Positions 1 to 10,653 of a stretch of DNA of 31,320 nucleotides are shown here, piece after piece (the stretch's first letter is position 1; each line of letters opens with the position of its first letter). The notes beneath the pieces were generated by a model. The model searched no databases, was not told the origin of the DNA, and saw only the letters and a program-made list of their open reading frames with translations. Where the stretch lies: positions 1-31,320 of the forward strand of contig JBHLSH010000039.1 of assembly GCA_048881705.1 (NCBI GenBank), given 5' to 3'. A program made the translations under genes and the position numbers. This DNA is from Candidatus Heimdallarchaeota archaeon. Its GTDB lineage: Archaea; Asgardarchaeota; Heimdallarchaeia; Hodarchaeales; Hodarchaeaceae.

Positions 1-2
1 TC

Positions 3-707
3 ATTCCTCTCGGAACCCTTGAGCGCGATGAATTAGACTTTCTTACGTCATTTACCAATTTGCCGGAAGTTCTGGCTTATCTGGAATCAACCCTAAATCC
101 ATTTGCACTTCCCCTGAGACAAATAGTTGACGAAAACGTCGCGCCTACTAACCTTAACGCAATAGATGGGGTTTTTAACCGATTTTATCAATCGTTACTT
201 ACAAAAGGGATTGCTAAGATACCTGATGGAGAAATCAGATCTATTATGAGAGAGATGGTTAGGGAAGAACGGGAATTTCAAAATATCACAAGCATTCTTA
301 ATCTCATGGGCAAACTGGCGAGAGGAACCCTCCCCTCTACGGTTGACCTTAAAGGAGTAATCTTTTCTGGGAAATCTCATATTCAACCTGAGGAAGTTGA
401 AGACCTAATCAGAAACAAGGATCTCGGCGGACTTCGGGAGATACTGGCTCGATCTTCGTTTCGAGAAAGGTTGGCAACGTCGGCGGTGGATATGGTCGCT
501 ACGACAGGAATTCAATCCTTGGTTGAAGAGATCGAACACCTTTTTTATCTTAATCAAATCCGTAAACGATATAGACGTCATGTTTTCAACCTAGCTCTTG
601 GGTATTTTTGGCAAATGAGCGTTGAAGCACGGAACCTTCGAATCATTACTCATGGGATAGAATCCTTCTCACGGGAAGAAATTAGACGGAGAATAATTAA
701 TGCCTGA
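3..707 (+). CDS. atpC: A/V-type ATP synthase subunit C (AhaC/NtpC, V0 d-like), 5'-truncated by the window edge
   Basis: Frame is open from nt 3 (IPLGTLERDELDFL...), so the TTG at 60 is internal. C-terminal LGYFWQMSVEARNLRIITHG...EEIRRRII matches the subunit C end pattern (Y...E..NLR.I..G). Lies directly before F-A-B-D. Confidence 0.8.
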   Translation: MPLGTLERDELDFLTSFTNLPEVLAYLESTLNPFALPLRQIVDENVAPTNLNAIDGVFNRFYQSLLTKGIAKIPDGEIRSIMREMVREEREFQNITSILNLMGKLARGTLPSTVDLKGVIFSGKSHIQPEEVEDLIRNKDLGGLREILARSSFRERLATSAVDMVATTGIQSLVEEIEHLFYLNQIRKRYRRHVFNLALGYFWQMSVEARNLRIITHGIESFSREEIRRRIINA

Positions 708-1044
708 TTCAATTCTTATTATCACTACACCAGATATCGGGATAGGGTACAAGCTGGCTGGTGCAGAAGTATATGAGGCATCCACCGCCTCTGAAGTGAC
801 GACTTTTCTGCGTAAGACAATCAAGGAACCAGATATAGCCCTTATCGGGATTGATGAAATGTTATTCAATAAACTGGATCCTCGATTTCTAGAGATTCTA
901 AGAAAAAGGCCTAGACCACTTGTATTACCAATTCAATCAGTCATAGAGCGTGGTAGGGAACTAAAAAACGTTGAAGATTACATAAGAGAGCTAACACTGA
1001 GCACTGCCGGTGTTATAGTCAATGTGGAGAAAGATACAAGTTAA
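700..1044 (+). CDS. atpF: A/V-type ATP synthase subunit F
   Basis: 114 aa. ILIITTPDIGIGYKLAG matches the subunit F start (I.VIGD.DT..GF.LAG), followed by DIALIGIDE and PLVLPI. Overlaps the subunit C stop by 8 nt. Confidence 0.9.
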   Translation: MPDSILIITTPDIGIGYKLAGAEVYEASTASEVTTFLRKTIKEPDIALIGIDEMLFNKLDPRFLEILRKRPRPLVLPIQSVIERGRELKNVEDYIRELTLSTAGVIVNVEKDTS

Positions 1045-1059
1045 CAGAGTTTGGTTTAG

Positions 1060-2787
1060 ATGCCAGGAGTTATAAAACGTATTGCTGGGCCTGTAGTTTT
1101 TGTTTACGGCCTTGAAAATCCGAAAAAAAACCATGTAGTTGAAGTCGGAGAAGAACGTTTGCTGGGAGAAATCATCCAACTTAGGGGAGACACAAGCGTA
1201 ATTCAAGTGTATGAAGAAACATCTGGGATGGGGATAAACGAACCGGTAATTGCACTCGGAAGGCCTTTAACTGTTCGTCTCGGGCCTGGTGTGATGTCTA
1301 CAGTCTACGACGGGATTCAGCGCCCCTTAGATCTTCTGCAAGGATCTTTCATTGGTCGTGGGGAAAAAACCAGTCCCTTGGATGTTACAAAAAAATGGCA
1401 CTTCATTCCTGAATCCTCAATAAAGCCAGGAACACAGCTTATGGGAGGAGAAATCCTTGGACGAATCCAAGAAACCGATTCTGTGGAACATCGAGTCCTA
1501 GTTCCCCCCGATTATCATGGGACAGTATCAGAAATTGTTTCTGAAGGCAAGTACGTGGTAACTGATACAGTTGCGCATCTAGAGGATAAAAAAGGTCTGG
1601 TTTTCTATCATGACTGGCCCGTAAGACGACCTCGTCCATTTAAAGCCAGAATCCTTAGCGATCGTCCGTTCCTTACAGGACAACGAATTCTCGATTTCCT
1701 TTTCCCATTGGTCGATGGCGGCTCTGCCATGATTCCTGGCGGTTTTGGAACGGGAAAAACCGTATTAAATCGGACTTTAGCCAAATTTGCTTCTACGGAT
1801 ATTATGCAGATGACTTTATGTGGAGAACGAGGTAACGAAGCTGCAGATGCTCTTAAGAGTTTCTTAAAGTTAGTAGATCCACGTACAGATCGGTTAATGA
1901 TTGAACGTACCTCAATAATCGCAAATACTTCAAATATGCCTGTGGCCGCACGGGAGGCATCCATTTACATGGGGATCACTTTAGCAGAATTCTATCGAGA
2001 TCAGGGATATAGCGTATCTGTGCTAGCAGATTCAACCTCACGTTGGGCAGAAGCGCTTAGGGAAATATCTGGAAGATTAGGAGAAATACCAGGGGAAGAA
2101 GGATTTCCGAGTTATCTTCCAAAATTGATCGGTCAGTTCTATGAGCGCTCTGGTCGTGTTACAACTTTAAGTGACCTAGACGGAAGTATCACCACAATAG
2201 GAGCGGTTTCACCCCAAGGGGGAGATTTCTCAGAACCAGTTACTCAATATACCATGCGGTTTACCACTTCACTTTGGGCCTTGGACACGGATCTGGCGCG
2301 CAGCCGTCATTTTCCCGCAATTTCTTGGCGTATTTCCTATAGCCAGAATATCCGAGAAATTGCCGAATATGCTGAGAAAAATGTTTCATCGCTCTGGAAC
2401 AAGTATCGTGCGGAAATTTCAACAATCCTCCAAGAAGAGGAAGAATTAGAACGGATTGTTCGACTCGTCGGTAAAGATACCCTTTCCGAGTCGCAAAAAG
2501 GCCTTCTTTTAACTGCGGAATTAATCCGCGAAGGGTTTTTGCAACAGAATGCTTTTTCAGACGAAGATGCATTTAGTCCTGTTGAAAAAACTTTAGAAAT
2601 GGCACGAGCGATATTAGATGCCCATCATCTTATCCAAGGCCGAGTTGAAGCTGATGGGCTCCTTGTGGACCCGTTATACGAAGAACAACTTATCGAGGAC
2701 ATTAAACGTTTGAGGGAGCTGAGTATAGAAGAAATCAAAGGTTTTTCTCAAAATCTTCCATCCAAGGTGGAAGCATTAGGTATCTAA
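1060..2787 (+). CDS. atpA: A/V-type ATP synthase catalytic subunit A
   Basis: 575 aa. Walker A GGFGTGKT, CGERGNE, ANTSNMPVAAREASIY, ADSTSRWAEALREIS, PGEEGFPSYL, FYERSG, VSPQGGDFSEPVTQ. No intein-sized insertion. Confidence 0.98.
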   Translation: MPGVIKRIAGPVVFVYGLENPKKNHVVEVGEERLLGEIIQLRGDTSVIQVYEETSGMGINEPVIALGRPLTVRLGPGVMSTVYDGIQRPLDLLQGSFIGRGEKTSPLDVTKKWHFIPESSIKPGTQLMGGEILGRIQETDSVEHRVLVPPDYHGTVSEIVSEGKYVVTDTVAHLEDKKGLVFYHDWPVRRPRPFKARILSDRPFLTGQRILDFLFPLVDGGSAMIPGGFGTGKTVLNRTLAKFASTDIMQMTLCGERGNEAADALKSFLKLVDPRTDRLMIERTSIIANTSNMPVAAREASIYMGITLAEFYRDQGYSVSVLADSTSRWAEALREISGRLGEIPGEEGFPSYLPKLIGQFYERSGRVTTLSDLDGSITTIGAVSPQGGDFSEPVTQYTMRFTTSLWALDTDLARSRHFPAISWRISYSQNIREIAEYAEKNVSSLWNKYRAEISTILQEEEELERIVRLVGKDTLSESQKGLLLTAELIREGFLQQNAFSDEDAFSPVEKTLEMARAILDAHHLIQGRVEADGLLVDPLYEEQLIEDIKRLRELSIEEIKGFSQNLPSKVEALGI

Positions 2788-2802
2788 GTGAGATGTTAGA
2801 AA

Positions 2803-4191
2803 ATGCAGCTAACCCCATCACCCACATTCAAGTATAGAACGATTGATTCAATTCAAGGTACCTTGATTTTTCTTAAATCCATCAAGGATGTTGCTTATGA
2901 GGAAATCGTGAGGATTTTCATGCCTGACGGTGAAACCCGCACAGGCCAGGTTCTTCAAGCGGATGAAAATGCGACCATCGTTCAAGTCTTTGAAGGAACA
3001 GATTCCATGGAAAGGGTTAACACGGAAATCGAGTTTACAAGGGACGTTTTCCGTGTTGGTTTAACAGAGCAGATGATAGGACGAACGATGAATGGTTTGG
3101 GAGAACCTATCGATGGCCTAGGACCGTTAGTGGTTGAAAAACGCTCACCAATAACTGGAGCTCCAATGAATCCAGTTAGACGGGACAACCCTGAAGATTT
3201 TATAGAAACAGGATTATCCGTAATCGATGGCTTGAATGCATTAGTTCAAGGGCAAAAACTTCCAATTTTTTCCTTATCAGGAATGCCCACATCCGAAGTG
3301 GCAGCTAGTATCGCCGTAAACTCACGGGTACTAGCAGAGGAACAGGAATTAGATGTTATTTTTGTTGCCATGGGAATTACCGAGCGAGAGGGGAGATTCT
3401 TCCGTCGTAAATTTAGCGAAGCATCTGGAGCCAATATTGCCTTTTTTTCAAACTACACAATGGACAGTATTGTTGAAAGAATTCTCACTCCTCGAGTTTC
3501 TTTGACATTTGCGGAATATCTTGCTTATGAAAAAGATAGAAATGTCCTAATTATACTATCAGATATGTTAAACTACTCTGAAGCTCTTCGAGAGATATCC
3601 TCAGCCCGTGAAGAATTTCCAGGAAGACGTGGTTATCCTGGGTACCTTTACACTGATCTCGCTACTGTTTATGAGCGTGCAGGAAAGGTTGAAGGAAAAA
3701 CTGGAAGTGTCACTATGATTCCCGTTGTAACCATGCCTAACGATGATATTACACATCCTGTACCAGATCTTACGGGCTATATAACCGAAGGGCAGCTTCT
3801 TATGAGCCGATCTCATCATAACCGACAATTATTTCCCCCGATGAATCCGATTCCATCTTTGTCTCGACTTATGAATGAAGGTATTGGAGTGGGAAAAACC
3901 CGGGAAGATCATGCAAATCTGGCGAATCAGCTATTTGCGAGCTATGCGAGGGGTATCAAACTTCGTCAATTGGCATCTATTGCTGGTGAAGATTCACTCT
4001 CGGACCGTGATCGATTATATCTTAAATTTGCGGACCAATTTGAATCTAAATTTATTCATCAAGGGGATGAGAGAAGAACTGTTGAGGAAACATTAACTAT
4101 CGGGTGGGAAACTTTGACGGTTCTTCCGAAAACTGATCTTAACAGGATCTCAAAGCAATTTATTGACAAATTCTATCCTACTTCAGACTAG
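2803..4191 (+). CDS. atpB: A/V-type ATP synthase subunit B
   Basis: 462 aa. [74 protein letters not shown]. Confidence 0.98.
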   Translation: MQLTPSPTFKYRTIDSIQGTLIFLKSIKDVAYEEIVRIFMPDGETRTGQVLQADENATIVQVFEGTDSMERVNTEIEFTRDVFRVGLTEQMIGRTMNGLGEPIDGLGPLVVEKRSPITGAPMNPVRRDNPEDFIETGLSVIDGLNALVQGQKLPIFSLSGMPTSEVAASIAVNSRVLAEEQELDVIFVAMGITEREGRFFRRKFSEASGANIAFFSNYTMDSIVERILTPRVSLTFAEYLAYEKDRNVLIILSDMLNYSEALREISSAREEFPGRRGYPGYLYTDLATVYERAGKVEGKTGSVTMIPVVTMPNDDITHPVPDLTGYITEGQLLMSRSHHNRQLFPPMNPIPSLSRLMNEGIGVGKTREDHANLANQLFASYARGIKLRQLASIAGEDSLSDRDRLYLKFADQFESKFIHQGDERRTVEETLTIGWETLTVLPKTDLNRISKQFIDKFYPTSD

Positions 4192-4200
4192 TGGTCGTGC

Positions 4201-4824
4201 ATGTCCTCTCAACAGCTAAAAAAGACTCGGATTGAGCTCCAAGACAGGAAAGCTCAATTAAATATAGCAGATACTGGAAAAGAGCTTTTGGAGGATCGTT
4301 TAGGAGCCTTGCTTACCGCGTTCTCTGATCAGGTAAGACACCTTTATCGTACTCGTCAGCGATTGGCAATATTAGGTTATGAGGCTAAAAAATCCCTATC
4401 GCTTTCTCGTGCAGTGGACAGACGAAATCTTGCTCTGTCTGCAATGGCCGCCACCAAATCATTAGGAATTGATGTTAAAACGAGTAATGTGATGGGTGTT
4501 AATGTTCCCTCCGTTGAGCTTATTGACTTGGGAAACATCGAGGACAGACGCTCCCTCGTCGCCTCCTCAGAGCTAGTCGATACCACTGTGGATTTGTTTA
4601 GACAACAATTGGAAGTTTTGATAGAATTGGCTTCTCACGAGTTAGCGATCAGGGAGCTAGGCAAGGAGATACGTAAAACACGCCATCGATTTAATGCTCT
4701 GGAAAAAATCTTAATTCCGGAGCTCCATGAAGAAATCCAGCAGATCCTGCTAAGTCTAGAGGAAAAGGAGCGGGATGAGCTTTCAAAGCTACGGATCTTT
4801 ATGACCACAAAACGGGGAAACTGA
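4201..4824 (+). CDS. atpD: A/V-type ATP synthase subunit D (central stalk)
   Basis: 207 aa. TRIEL...GKELLEDR, NVMGVNVP, EIRKTRHRFNALEKILIP, LEEKERDELSKLR. Follows subunit B. Confidence 0.93.
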   Translation: MSSQQLKKTRIELQDRKAQLNIADTGKELLEDRLGALLTAFSDQVRHLYRTRQRLAILGYEAKKSLSLSRAVDRRNLALSAMAATKSLGIDVKTSNVMGVNVPSVELIDLGNIEDRRSLVASSELVDTTVDLFRQQLEVLIELASHELAIRELGKEIRKTRHRFNALEKILIPELHEEIQQILLSLEEKERDELSKLRIFMTTKRGN

Positions 4825-4853
4825 TCTCAAACTCCTTGCATTTGTAGTGAAAT

Positions 4854-5822
4854 TCAGGGAAAAAGAAATCCCGTAGTGGAAGGATCAATCAAAAACAATA
4901 TTGCTGAGATGAGGCCAAAGAACGCAAAGAAAAATGCCACAATCAATCCCAGGATAGATAACTTACTCCTTTTAGTTTTCGGGAAGGGTTCAAGATGATC
5001 GGCTCGCAAGATTTCCTTTCTTAAAATTTTAAACGACTCGTCCATTTTTTTTTCAAAGGCCCGGGTAGACATCGTAGTCGAAAGGACTGTGCCGATAGTG
5101 GCAATGGACACGGAAACAGAGAGAAGAATCGATATTGATTGCGTATTGGCAAGATTAACCTGTTCAAGATTAATCGTATCTATTTGTTTACCGATCACTA
5201 GATCATGTAGGGAATACAAATTATCCCAATTTATATCTAAGATCAACTGCGTCGAAGGAAAGCCCGTATTGTTATAGGCGGAAAATAAGTCTCCAACCAC
5301 AGTAGAGTTAATACCAAGCCCAAGAAGAAATTCATCAGCACTAGTGAAACTTCCTGGCGGGAAACCCTCCCAGTCTTCTCTAAAAAGCAGGTAATCGAAG
5401 CCATGGCTAGACCTCTCTGCTAGGGCCAACCAGGAATAGTTGTTGAATTCAAATCGAGCTTGAATCTGCGCCGTATAGGTGGCATTAAGATCTCTGAAAA
5501 CATGTTCTAAAGTTGTACGGATTATTGCCAATTTGGTTGTCCGTTCTAGCGCTGTATACGTTGAATTCAACATGCGATATTCTAAAATCTCCACTTGCGC
5601 CCGAGCAAGTTGAATTTGGGCTAAATTCGCCATATCTAAATCAAAATTTATGAAAACATTTCTCTGTGATTCCATACTTTTCAATTCTTTTTCCAAATCA
5701 GTTATTTTGCTTTTCAGATCTTCTGTTCTTTCAGAATAAAAGTTAAGCAAGAATCCTGTCGCGAATGCGAATCCAGCTACTATGATAATAGTTAAGGTAG
5801 TCCAATTGACATTTATACGCAT
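4854..5822 (-). CDS. Hypothetical membrane protein (N-terminal TM, coiled coil, large external loop, two C-terminal TMs)
   Basis: 322-aa ORF. Hydrophobic segments at the N-terminus (LTIIIVAGFAFATGFLL) and near the C-terminus (ILLSVSVSIATIGTVL; ILGLIVAFFFAFFGLISAILFLI). Five N-x-S/T sequons in the loop. Confidence 0.75.
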   Translation of the reverse strand: MRINVNWTTLTIIIVAGFAFATGFLLNFYSERTEDLKSKITDLEKELKSMESQRNVFINFDLDMANLAQIQLARAQVEILEYRMLNSTYTALERTTKLAIIRTTLEHVFRDLNATYTAQIQARFEFNNYSWLALAERSSHGFDYLLFREDWEGFPPGSFTSADEFLLGLGINSTVVGDLFSAYNNTGFPSTQLILDINWDNLYSLHDLVIGKQIDTINLEQVNLANTQSISILLSVSVSIATIGTVLSTTMSTRAFEKKMDESFKILRKEILRADHLEPFPKTKRSKLSILGLIVAFFFAFFGLISAILFLIDPSTTGFLFP

Positions 5823-5842
5823 TCCAAGTCACCTACCAAGGT

Positions 5843-6886
5843 TTATCCGGCCCCTTTCGGCAATCTTCTCCTCAAAATCTCTAGGCCAACAGCCACTATT
5901 ACTAAAAAAGAAATAGAATCAAATCCAGGAGTAGTCGCTGTCGTGGTTTGGATTGGTGGGGGTCCAGTCCCGCCTGTGAGAGTGGGGGCACTTCCTCCTA
6001 CCGTAAACGACGTATTTGGAGGATTGATATGGGTAAAGACAACCTTACTTTCTAAATCAACTCCTGTTGTGCCTGCCATATCCCAAGTTGATGATGTTGG
6101 GTCAAAAGCCAAAATACGGAGAGTTGAGGGGTCTATTCCCAAGCGGTCTATAAGGTTCCAGTTTAAATAGGAAATATTTATCCATAGTTCTGATACGCCG
6201 TTAAGAGAATATCCTATTTCCAGGTAATAGTGTGTAAGTACGATTTTCGGATTTTCCAATTGAAATTCGTTCAAAGCTTGTTCAGAACCAGCAATAGGGG
6301 TAGAAGAAGGAGTAATCGTGAAGTCTAAGGTTTGATTTACCGTTGGTATTATTTCTGACTCGGGAACACCTTCGAGGAAGATTGTATGTATTCCTGGATC
6401 CAATTTTTTGGTGTAGATCACGTGGACAAACACTGAATCCTCCTCTGATACTGTGCTATTATCGTATCCAAGACCCGTAGCAATAAAACTAAAATTATGG
6501 CTTCCGGACGCTAGAAGGAATTGGGAAATATTAAATGATTGAGTTGTATTTCCAACGAGGAATCCCGACTCAACCAAATCTCCATTTAGGAGGAGCTCCC
6601 AAGAATCCCCGAAGGCATTAATTAGTACTATATCCCAGGTTATGCGAGCTTGCGTATCATTTGGAGAAACCTTGATGTCCGGTGGCGATGAAAGAACAAT
6701 CGAACTGTTCTTGTCTCCACTTTGAGTTAAAAAATACTTAGGAAAGTCCTTCTCATCGGCCGCATCGCCACCTGCCATTAACGATATGCTGAATAAGCTT
6801 CCAAGAATTATTAGGGGAAGAATCATTGAAAAAGCAAGGGCTGTTTTTGGTTGCACGATTAAAATCCGTCCTCTTGATTTTTCCAT
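5843..6886 (-). CDS. Cell-surface protein with PGF-CTERM-like archaeosortase sorting signal
   Basis: 347 aa. N-terminal hydrophobic signal/TM, beta-rich body, Thr/Pro-rich linker (GGTGPPPIQTTTATT), then PGF + hydrophobic stretch + RRR at the C-terminus. Confidence 0.75.
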   Translation of the reverse strand: MEKSRGRILIVQPKTALAFSMILPLIILGSLFSISLMAGGDAADEKDFPKYFLTQSGDKNSSIVLSSPPDIKVSPNDTQARITWDIVLINAFGDSWELLLNGDLVESGFLVGNTTQSFNISQFLLASGSHNFSFIATGLGYDNSTVSEEDSVFVHVIYTKKLDPGIHTIFLEGVPESEIIPTVNQTLDFTITPSSTPIAGSEQALNEFQLENPKIVLTHYYLEIGYSLNGVSELWINISYLNWNLIDRLGIDPSTLRILAFDPTSSTWDMAGTTGVDLESKVVFTHINPPNTSFTVGGSAPTLTGGTGPPPIQTTTATTPGFDSISFLVIVAVGLEILRRRLPKGAG

Positions 6887-7176
6887 TTAGCGAAATAACA
6901 ACCTGGAACCGCTTAGGGATTCCCTCATAAAAACTTAGTCCAACGTAGAGCACAAACTAGGCTGAGAATCCTTCGGGTCATCTGAAAAACTCGAAGAACC
7001 ATTGCTATTTTATTTCAGTAAGATTTCGCAATGGTTCTAAAGATGGATTAGCAATACTACGCCTTAGGATCTATTTATTCGCTTATATACTGATATCCAT
7101 GTAATCCTTTAATCTTCTATCTATTAATTTTGAAAGATTTCGGAGGAACTGAAGTTTTAACCTGCTTACATAGAAC

Positions 7177-9663
7177 TTATTCAATGACTCGAAGAGCAGA
7201 TGGCAAATCGATTTTGATAAGCTTTCGGATTGAGAAAAGGGGCGAAATTGCTACAACAACAACTCCAATGAAGAGAATGATAGAAATACTATCCGGATAC
7301 AGGATTCCAGTCAGGTTTATTTCAGGCATTGAGATCCTAATTTGAGATTGGAATATTTCCATTACTACAACTCCCAAGGGGTAATATCCGAGGGCCGTGC
7401 CAAAGATCCCTATTATCACGCTTTCTATTAATAACATCCAGGTAGAGGTTCGAATTGGTGTTCCAAAAGCACCCATCGTTGCAAATTCTCTGATCCGCTC
7501 GTCAAAATTTATTGTGGCTGTATTAAATGCAATCAAAAGGGCCAAAGCCATCACAGCATATTGAATCACCGTAAGAATTGACGTAAATAGCTCTATCAGT
7601 TCTTCGTATGTTTCAACCAGTCGACTAATTGTTTGTGCCCCACTATAACCAGGAATCTCGAAAAGATCTGCCTGAACTGACTCGATGCTAACTCCCGACC
7701 TAGGAACTAGCATCATTGCATTTATCAGACCCGTAGTATTAAGCATATTGGTGTTAGAGATATCCATAAACGCCCAGAATCGAACTTGACTCCCATAGAT
7801 GCCTATGACTTCAACCGTTGAATTTATGGTTGAATATTGAAAAGCTGACTCGCGATATAAATGCTCGAGAATAATTCGATCTCCTATTGAAACTCCCAAA
7901 TCTCCTGCTGTTTTCTTTGAAAGAATTATGCCTGGAACCGAGGGTTTTCTGGTCTGGTTACCTTCCACTAGTTCAGGAACCCAGATTTCATTTTCCAAAT
8001 CAAAAAAATATAAAGTAAGGGAAAAAGAATCTCTGGAGTTAAATAACGTACCGGGGATTTGTACAGTTGAAACGATTTTCTCTAGTTTGGTGTTTTGTGT
8101 CAAATTTGCTATAGGCGGATTCGAAGCATTTAGAAAGTTACTAAAAACAACGTTAATACGATTTGGAGAACTAGTTTCCATAATCTCCTGTTCACGATCA
8201 AGTAGATCGTTAGCTCCGTCTAGCAAGGCAAGGATGGCTACTAACACGCAAAGAGCCAATGCAACTCCAACAATTGTAGAGAAAGTGCGCCTCGGATTTC
8301 TTGCGAAATTTCGAAAAGGAAGTTGAATAAAGATTGATCCGGGAACATCAGCTCGCTCCAGCAACGGAGCGGCGCCTTTCCCAGTAGATAAGGAGTAACC
8401 AGTGTGAATGGCGTGAATCGGGGGCATTCTTACCGCTCTTATAATCGGAATTATTGTAGCAGAGAAAGGGATTAAAATCCCCAATATAGCTCCTTGGATG
8501 AAGAGTTCACTGACCAACCACTGCTCCCATACTGGGAAAGACACCAGTTCGGATAACACATCTCCTATCCATCCTCCAATGAGGACGGAAAGAAGAAAAC
8601 CTAAAACTACTCCTCCTAAAGCAATTTCGAAGGAAAAAATAAGATATCGATAGGCGAGATTCAACGGAGGGACTCCCAAAGCCATGTTGATTCCGATTTG
8701 CCTGCGGTGTGAGGTTACAACTCTGGAAACAAGATTGAACGTTCCAAATGCGGCGGCCAATAGAACGATGAATGAAATGATGAAATATAGCTCGGCATCA
8801 TTCTTTATATCTTCTTTTTGAATTCTATATGATGGCTGGTCTTCTTTTTCGATAAAGTTTATGTCGACGGTGGGAAACCTTGTCTCAAAAGCCGTAGATA
8901 TTTCTGCCTTTAAAGTCGACATATCTTCTTCAGAAATTTCAGAATTTAACAAAAAAATCGCTTCATTTACCCTATCGCTGGGTAACCCAGGAATAAATTG
9001 GCGGGCCAGCATTTGAGCAGTTAGAATTGGCATGAATAGGGCACAAAATGCTGATTCTGCTAAGAAGGAATTCTCTTCGACTACCATAAAATACTCTGGA
9101 CTCATTCCTGTCCCAATAAAGGAAAGATTGTTACCTCCAGGAAGCAAGATTTCCTGTGTATTTGGCTCCAAGCCATAATAATCCGCGAAATTGTATTCTA
9201 GTATGCAGACTGAGGCATTTGCGTCGGATCTATTGAGATCTCTCCCTTCAATTATCTTTATTCCATTTACGGTAAGATTCTCGGTTCCGTTTGAAATATC
9301 CAATCCAATAATTCGACCGTTGACCAGGATACTTTGGTCGGCATTTGAAGCATTTACCGAAATGGGAAGGATTACACGGAATTCCTTTGCAACAATCCAA
9401 TTTGAATGAGGCAGAGTATCTATTAGCTCATCAAGTTCTGTTTTATTCATCCACCCCCCTTGGGTTAAGGCCATTTTTAAATCAAACATCTTGAGCTGTT
9501 CATTGCTTTGATCAAAAGCGAATTGCCTCCAATGGATTGTGCTGCTTAATCCGACGTAAGATCCCGTCCCTAACCCGATAATCATAGAGATGGCAATTAC
9601 CTGAATTTTACGTTCTTTTAAGTCTCGGAAGGACCACCGGAGCAATAATCTTAGACTGGTCAT
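7177..9663 (-). CDS. ABC transporter permease, FtsX/MacB/LolE-type, duplicated (two MacB-like extracytoplasmic + FtsX modules)
   Basis: 828 aa. Two halves beginning WSFRDLKERKIQVIAISMIIGLG and FRNFARNPRRTFSTIVGVALA. FtsX motifs HRRQIGINMALG and ERIREFATMGAFG. GGTGA SD-like motif 6 nt before the ATG. Confidence 0.9.
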   Translation of the reverse strand: MTSLRLLLRWSFRDLKERKIQVIAISMIIGLGTGSYVGLSSTIHWRQFAFDQSNEQLKMFDLKMALTQGGWMNKTELDELIDTLPHSNWIVAKEFRVILPISVNASNADQSILVNGRIIGLDISNGTENLTVNGIKIIEGRDLNRSDANASVCILEYNFADYYGLEPNTQEILLPGGNNLSFIGTGMSPEYFMVVEENSFLAESAFCALFMPILTAQMLARQFIPGLPSDRVNEAIFLLNSEISEEDMSTLKAEISTAFETRFPTVDINFIEKEDQPSYRIQKEDIKNDAELYFIISFIVLLAAAFGTFNLVSRVVTSHRRQIGINMALGVPPLNLAYRYLIFSFEIALGGVVLGFLLSVLIGGWIGDVLSELVSFPVWEQWLVSELFIQGAILGILIPFSATIIPIIRAVRMPPIHAIHTGYSLSTGKGAAPLLERADVPGSIFIQLPFRNFARNPRRTFSTIVGVALALCVLVAILALLDGANDLLDREQEIMETSSPNRINVVFSNFLNASNPPIANLTQNTKLEKIVSTVQIPGTLFNSRDSFSLTLYFFDLENEIWVPELVEGNQTRKPSVPGIILSKKTAGDLGVSIGDRIILEHLYRESAFQYSTINSTVEVIGIYGSQVRFWAFMDISNTNMLNTTGLINAMMLVPRSGVSIESVQADLFEIPGYSGAQTISRLVETYEELIELFTSILTVIQYAVMALALLIAFNTATINFDERIREFATMGAFGTPIRTSTWMLLIESVIIGIFGTALGYYPLGVVVMEIFQSQIRISMPEINLTGILYPDSISIILFIGVVVVAISPLFSIRKLIKIDLPSALRVIE

Positions 9664-9669
9664 ATCTGA

Positions 9670-10383
9670 TCACCATTCAAGAAGATTTACGTCCATCGTT
9701 CCCCCACTGGGGGGGCCATCAGAAACAACTTGTCCTGCTCGGAGTTCAATAACTCTCTGAGCCATCTTCGAGATCTCGCGATTATGAGTTACGAGCAGGA
9801 CAGTCTTGTCCCGTTGTTTCTGCTCTGCAAGGAGTCTGAGTATCTGCCTTCCAGTTCTGAAATCCAATTCTCCTGTGGGTTCATCTGCAAGAATGATTGG
9901 CGCATCCTTTACCAAAGCCCGCGCTATGGCAACACGTTGTTGCTCTCCTCCACTCAATTGGTGAGGAAAATGACGGATACGATCGCTTAGTCCGACCTTG
10001 TCCAAGGCCACAATCGCTTTATGTTTACTATGTTTTAATCCCCCTAAATCGGCTACATACTGAACATTCTCTAAAGCGGAGAGGGTTGGAAAGAGGTTAA
10101 ACGTCTGAAAGATAAAACCAATAGTCTCACGTCTAAATGTAAACTGCGCCTGCCGCCTTATCTTTGAGATGTCTTTCTCTCCAACAATTAACATACCACT
10201 TGTCGGGCTTTCAAGAGCACCAACCAAATTTAATAACGTGGTCTTTCCGGACCCTGAAGGGCCTAAAACTACCACTATTTCCCCCTGATCAATTATTAGA
10301 TTTAGGTTGTCAAGAGCTTTGACCGTAACAGATCCCATCGTATAGTGTTTAGAGATTTTTCTTAGCTCAATTGTATAATTCAT
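9670..10383 (-). CDS. ABC transporter ATP-binding protein, LolD/MacB family
   Basis: Walker [11 protein letters not shown]-loop GFIFQTFNL, signature [17 protein letters not shown], Walker [12 protein letters not shown], switch LLVTHN. Confidence 0.95.
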   Translation of the reverse strand: MNYTIELRKISKHYTMGSVTVKALDNLNLIIDQGEIVVVLGPSGSGKTTLLNLVGALESPTSGMLIVGEKDISKIRRQAQFTFRRETIGFIFQTFNLFPTLSALENVQYVADLGGLKHSKHKAIVALDKVGLSDRIRHFPHQLSGGEQQRVAIARALVKDAPIILADEPTGELDFRTGRQILRLLAEQKQRDKTVLLVTHNREISKMAQRVIELRAGQVVSDGPPSGGTMDVNLLEW

Positions 10384-10653
10384 CAGATTTCACGTGTCGG
10401 TTATTGAGCTCCAACTGTATTTCGCGTGTCCATTCAATGTTTTAAAATATGGAGTAAATTGATATTACTTAAATATCCTAAAATACTCATCTTATATCTG
10501 ACAGGAAAAGCGTCAATTTGATGGGTGATTGAGTCTCACTTTAGAAAGCTTAATAATATACCGAATTCTGAGAGTATTCTTCGAAAAATCAGTTTCTCGC
10601 AAATTAATACCACAGACTTAATTGAGTATAAGCAGATTTTGATAACCTTTGGG

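Noticed and set aside
6971-6996. Hairpin TTCGGGT...ACTCGAA upstream of the PGF-CTERM gene
   Set aside because: A 7-bp stem with a wobble and a 10-nt loop is expected by chance.
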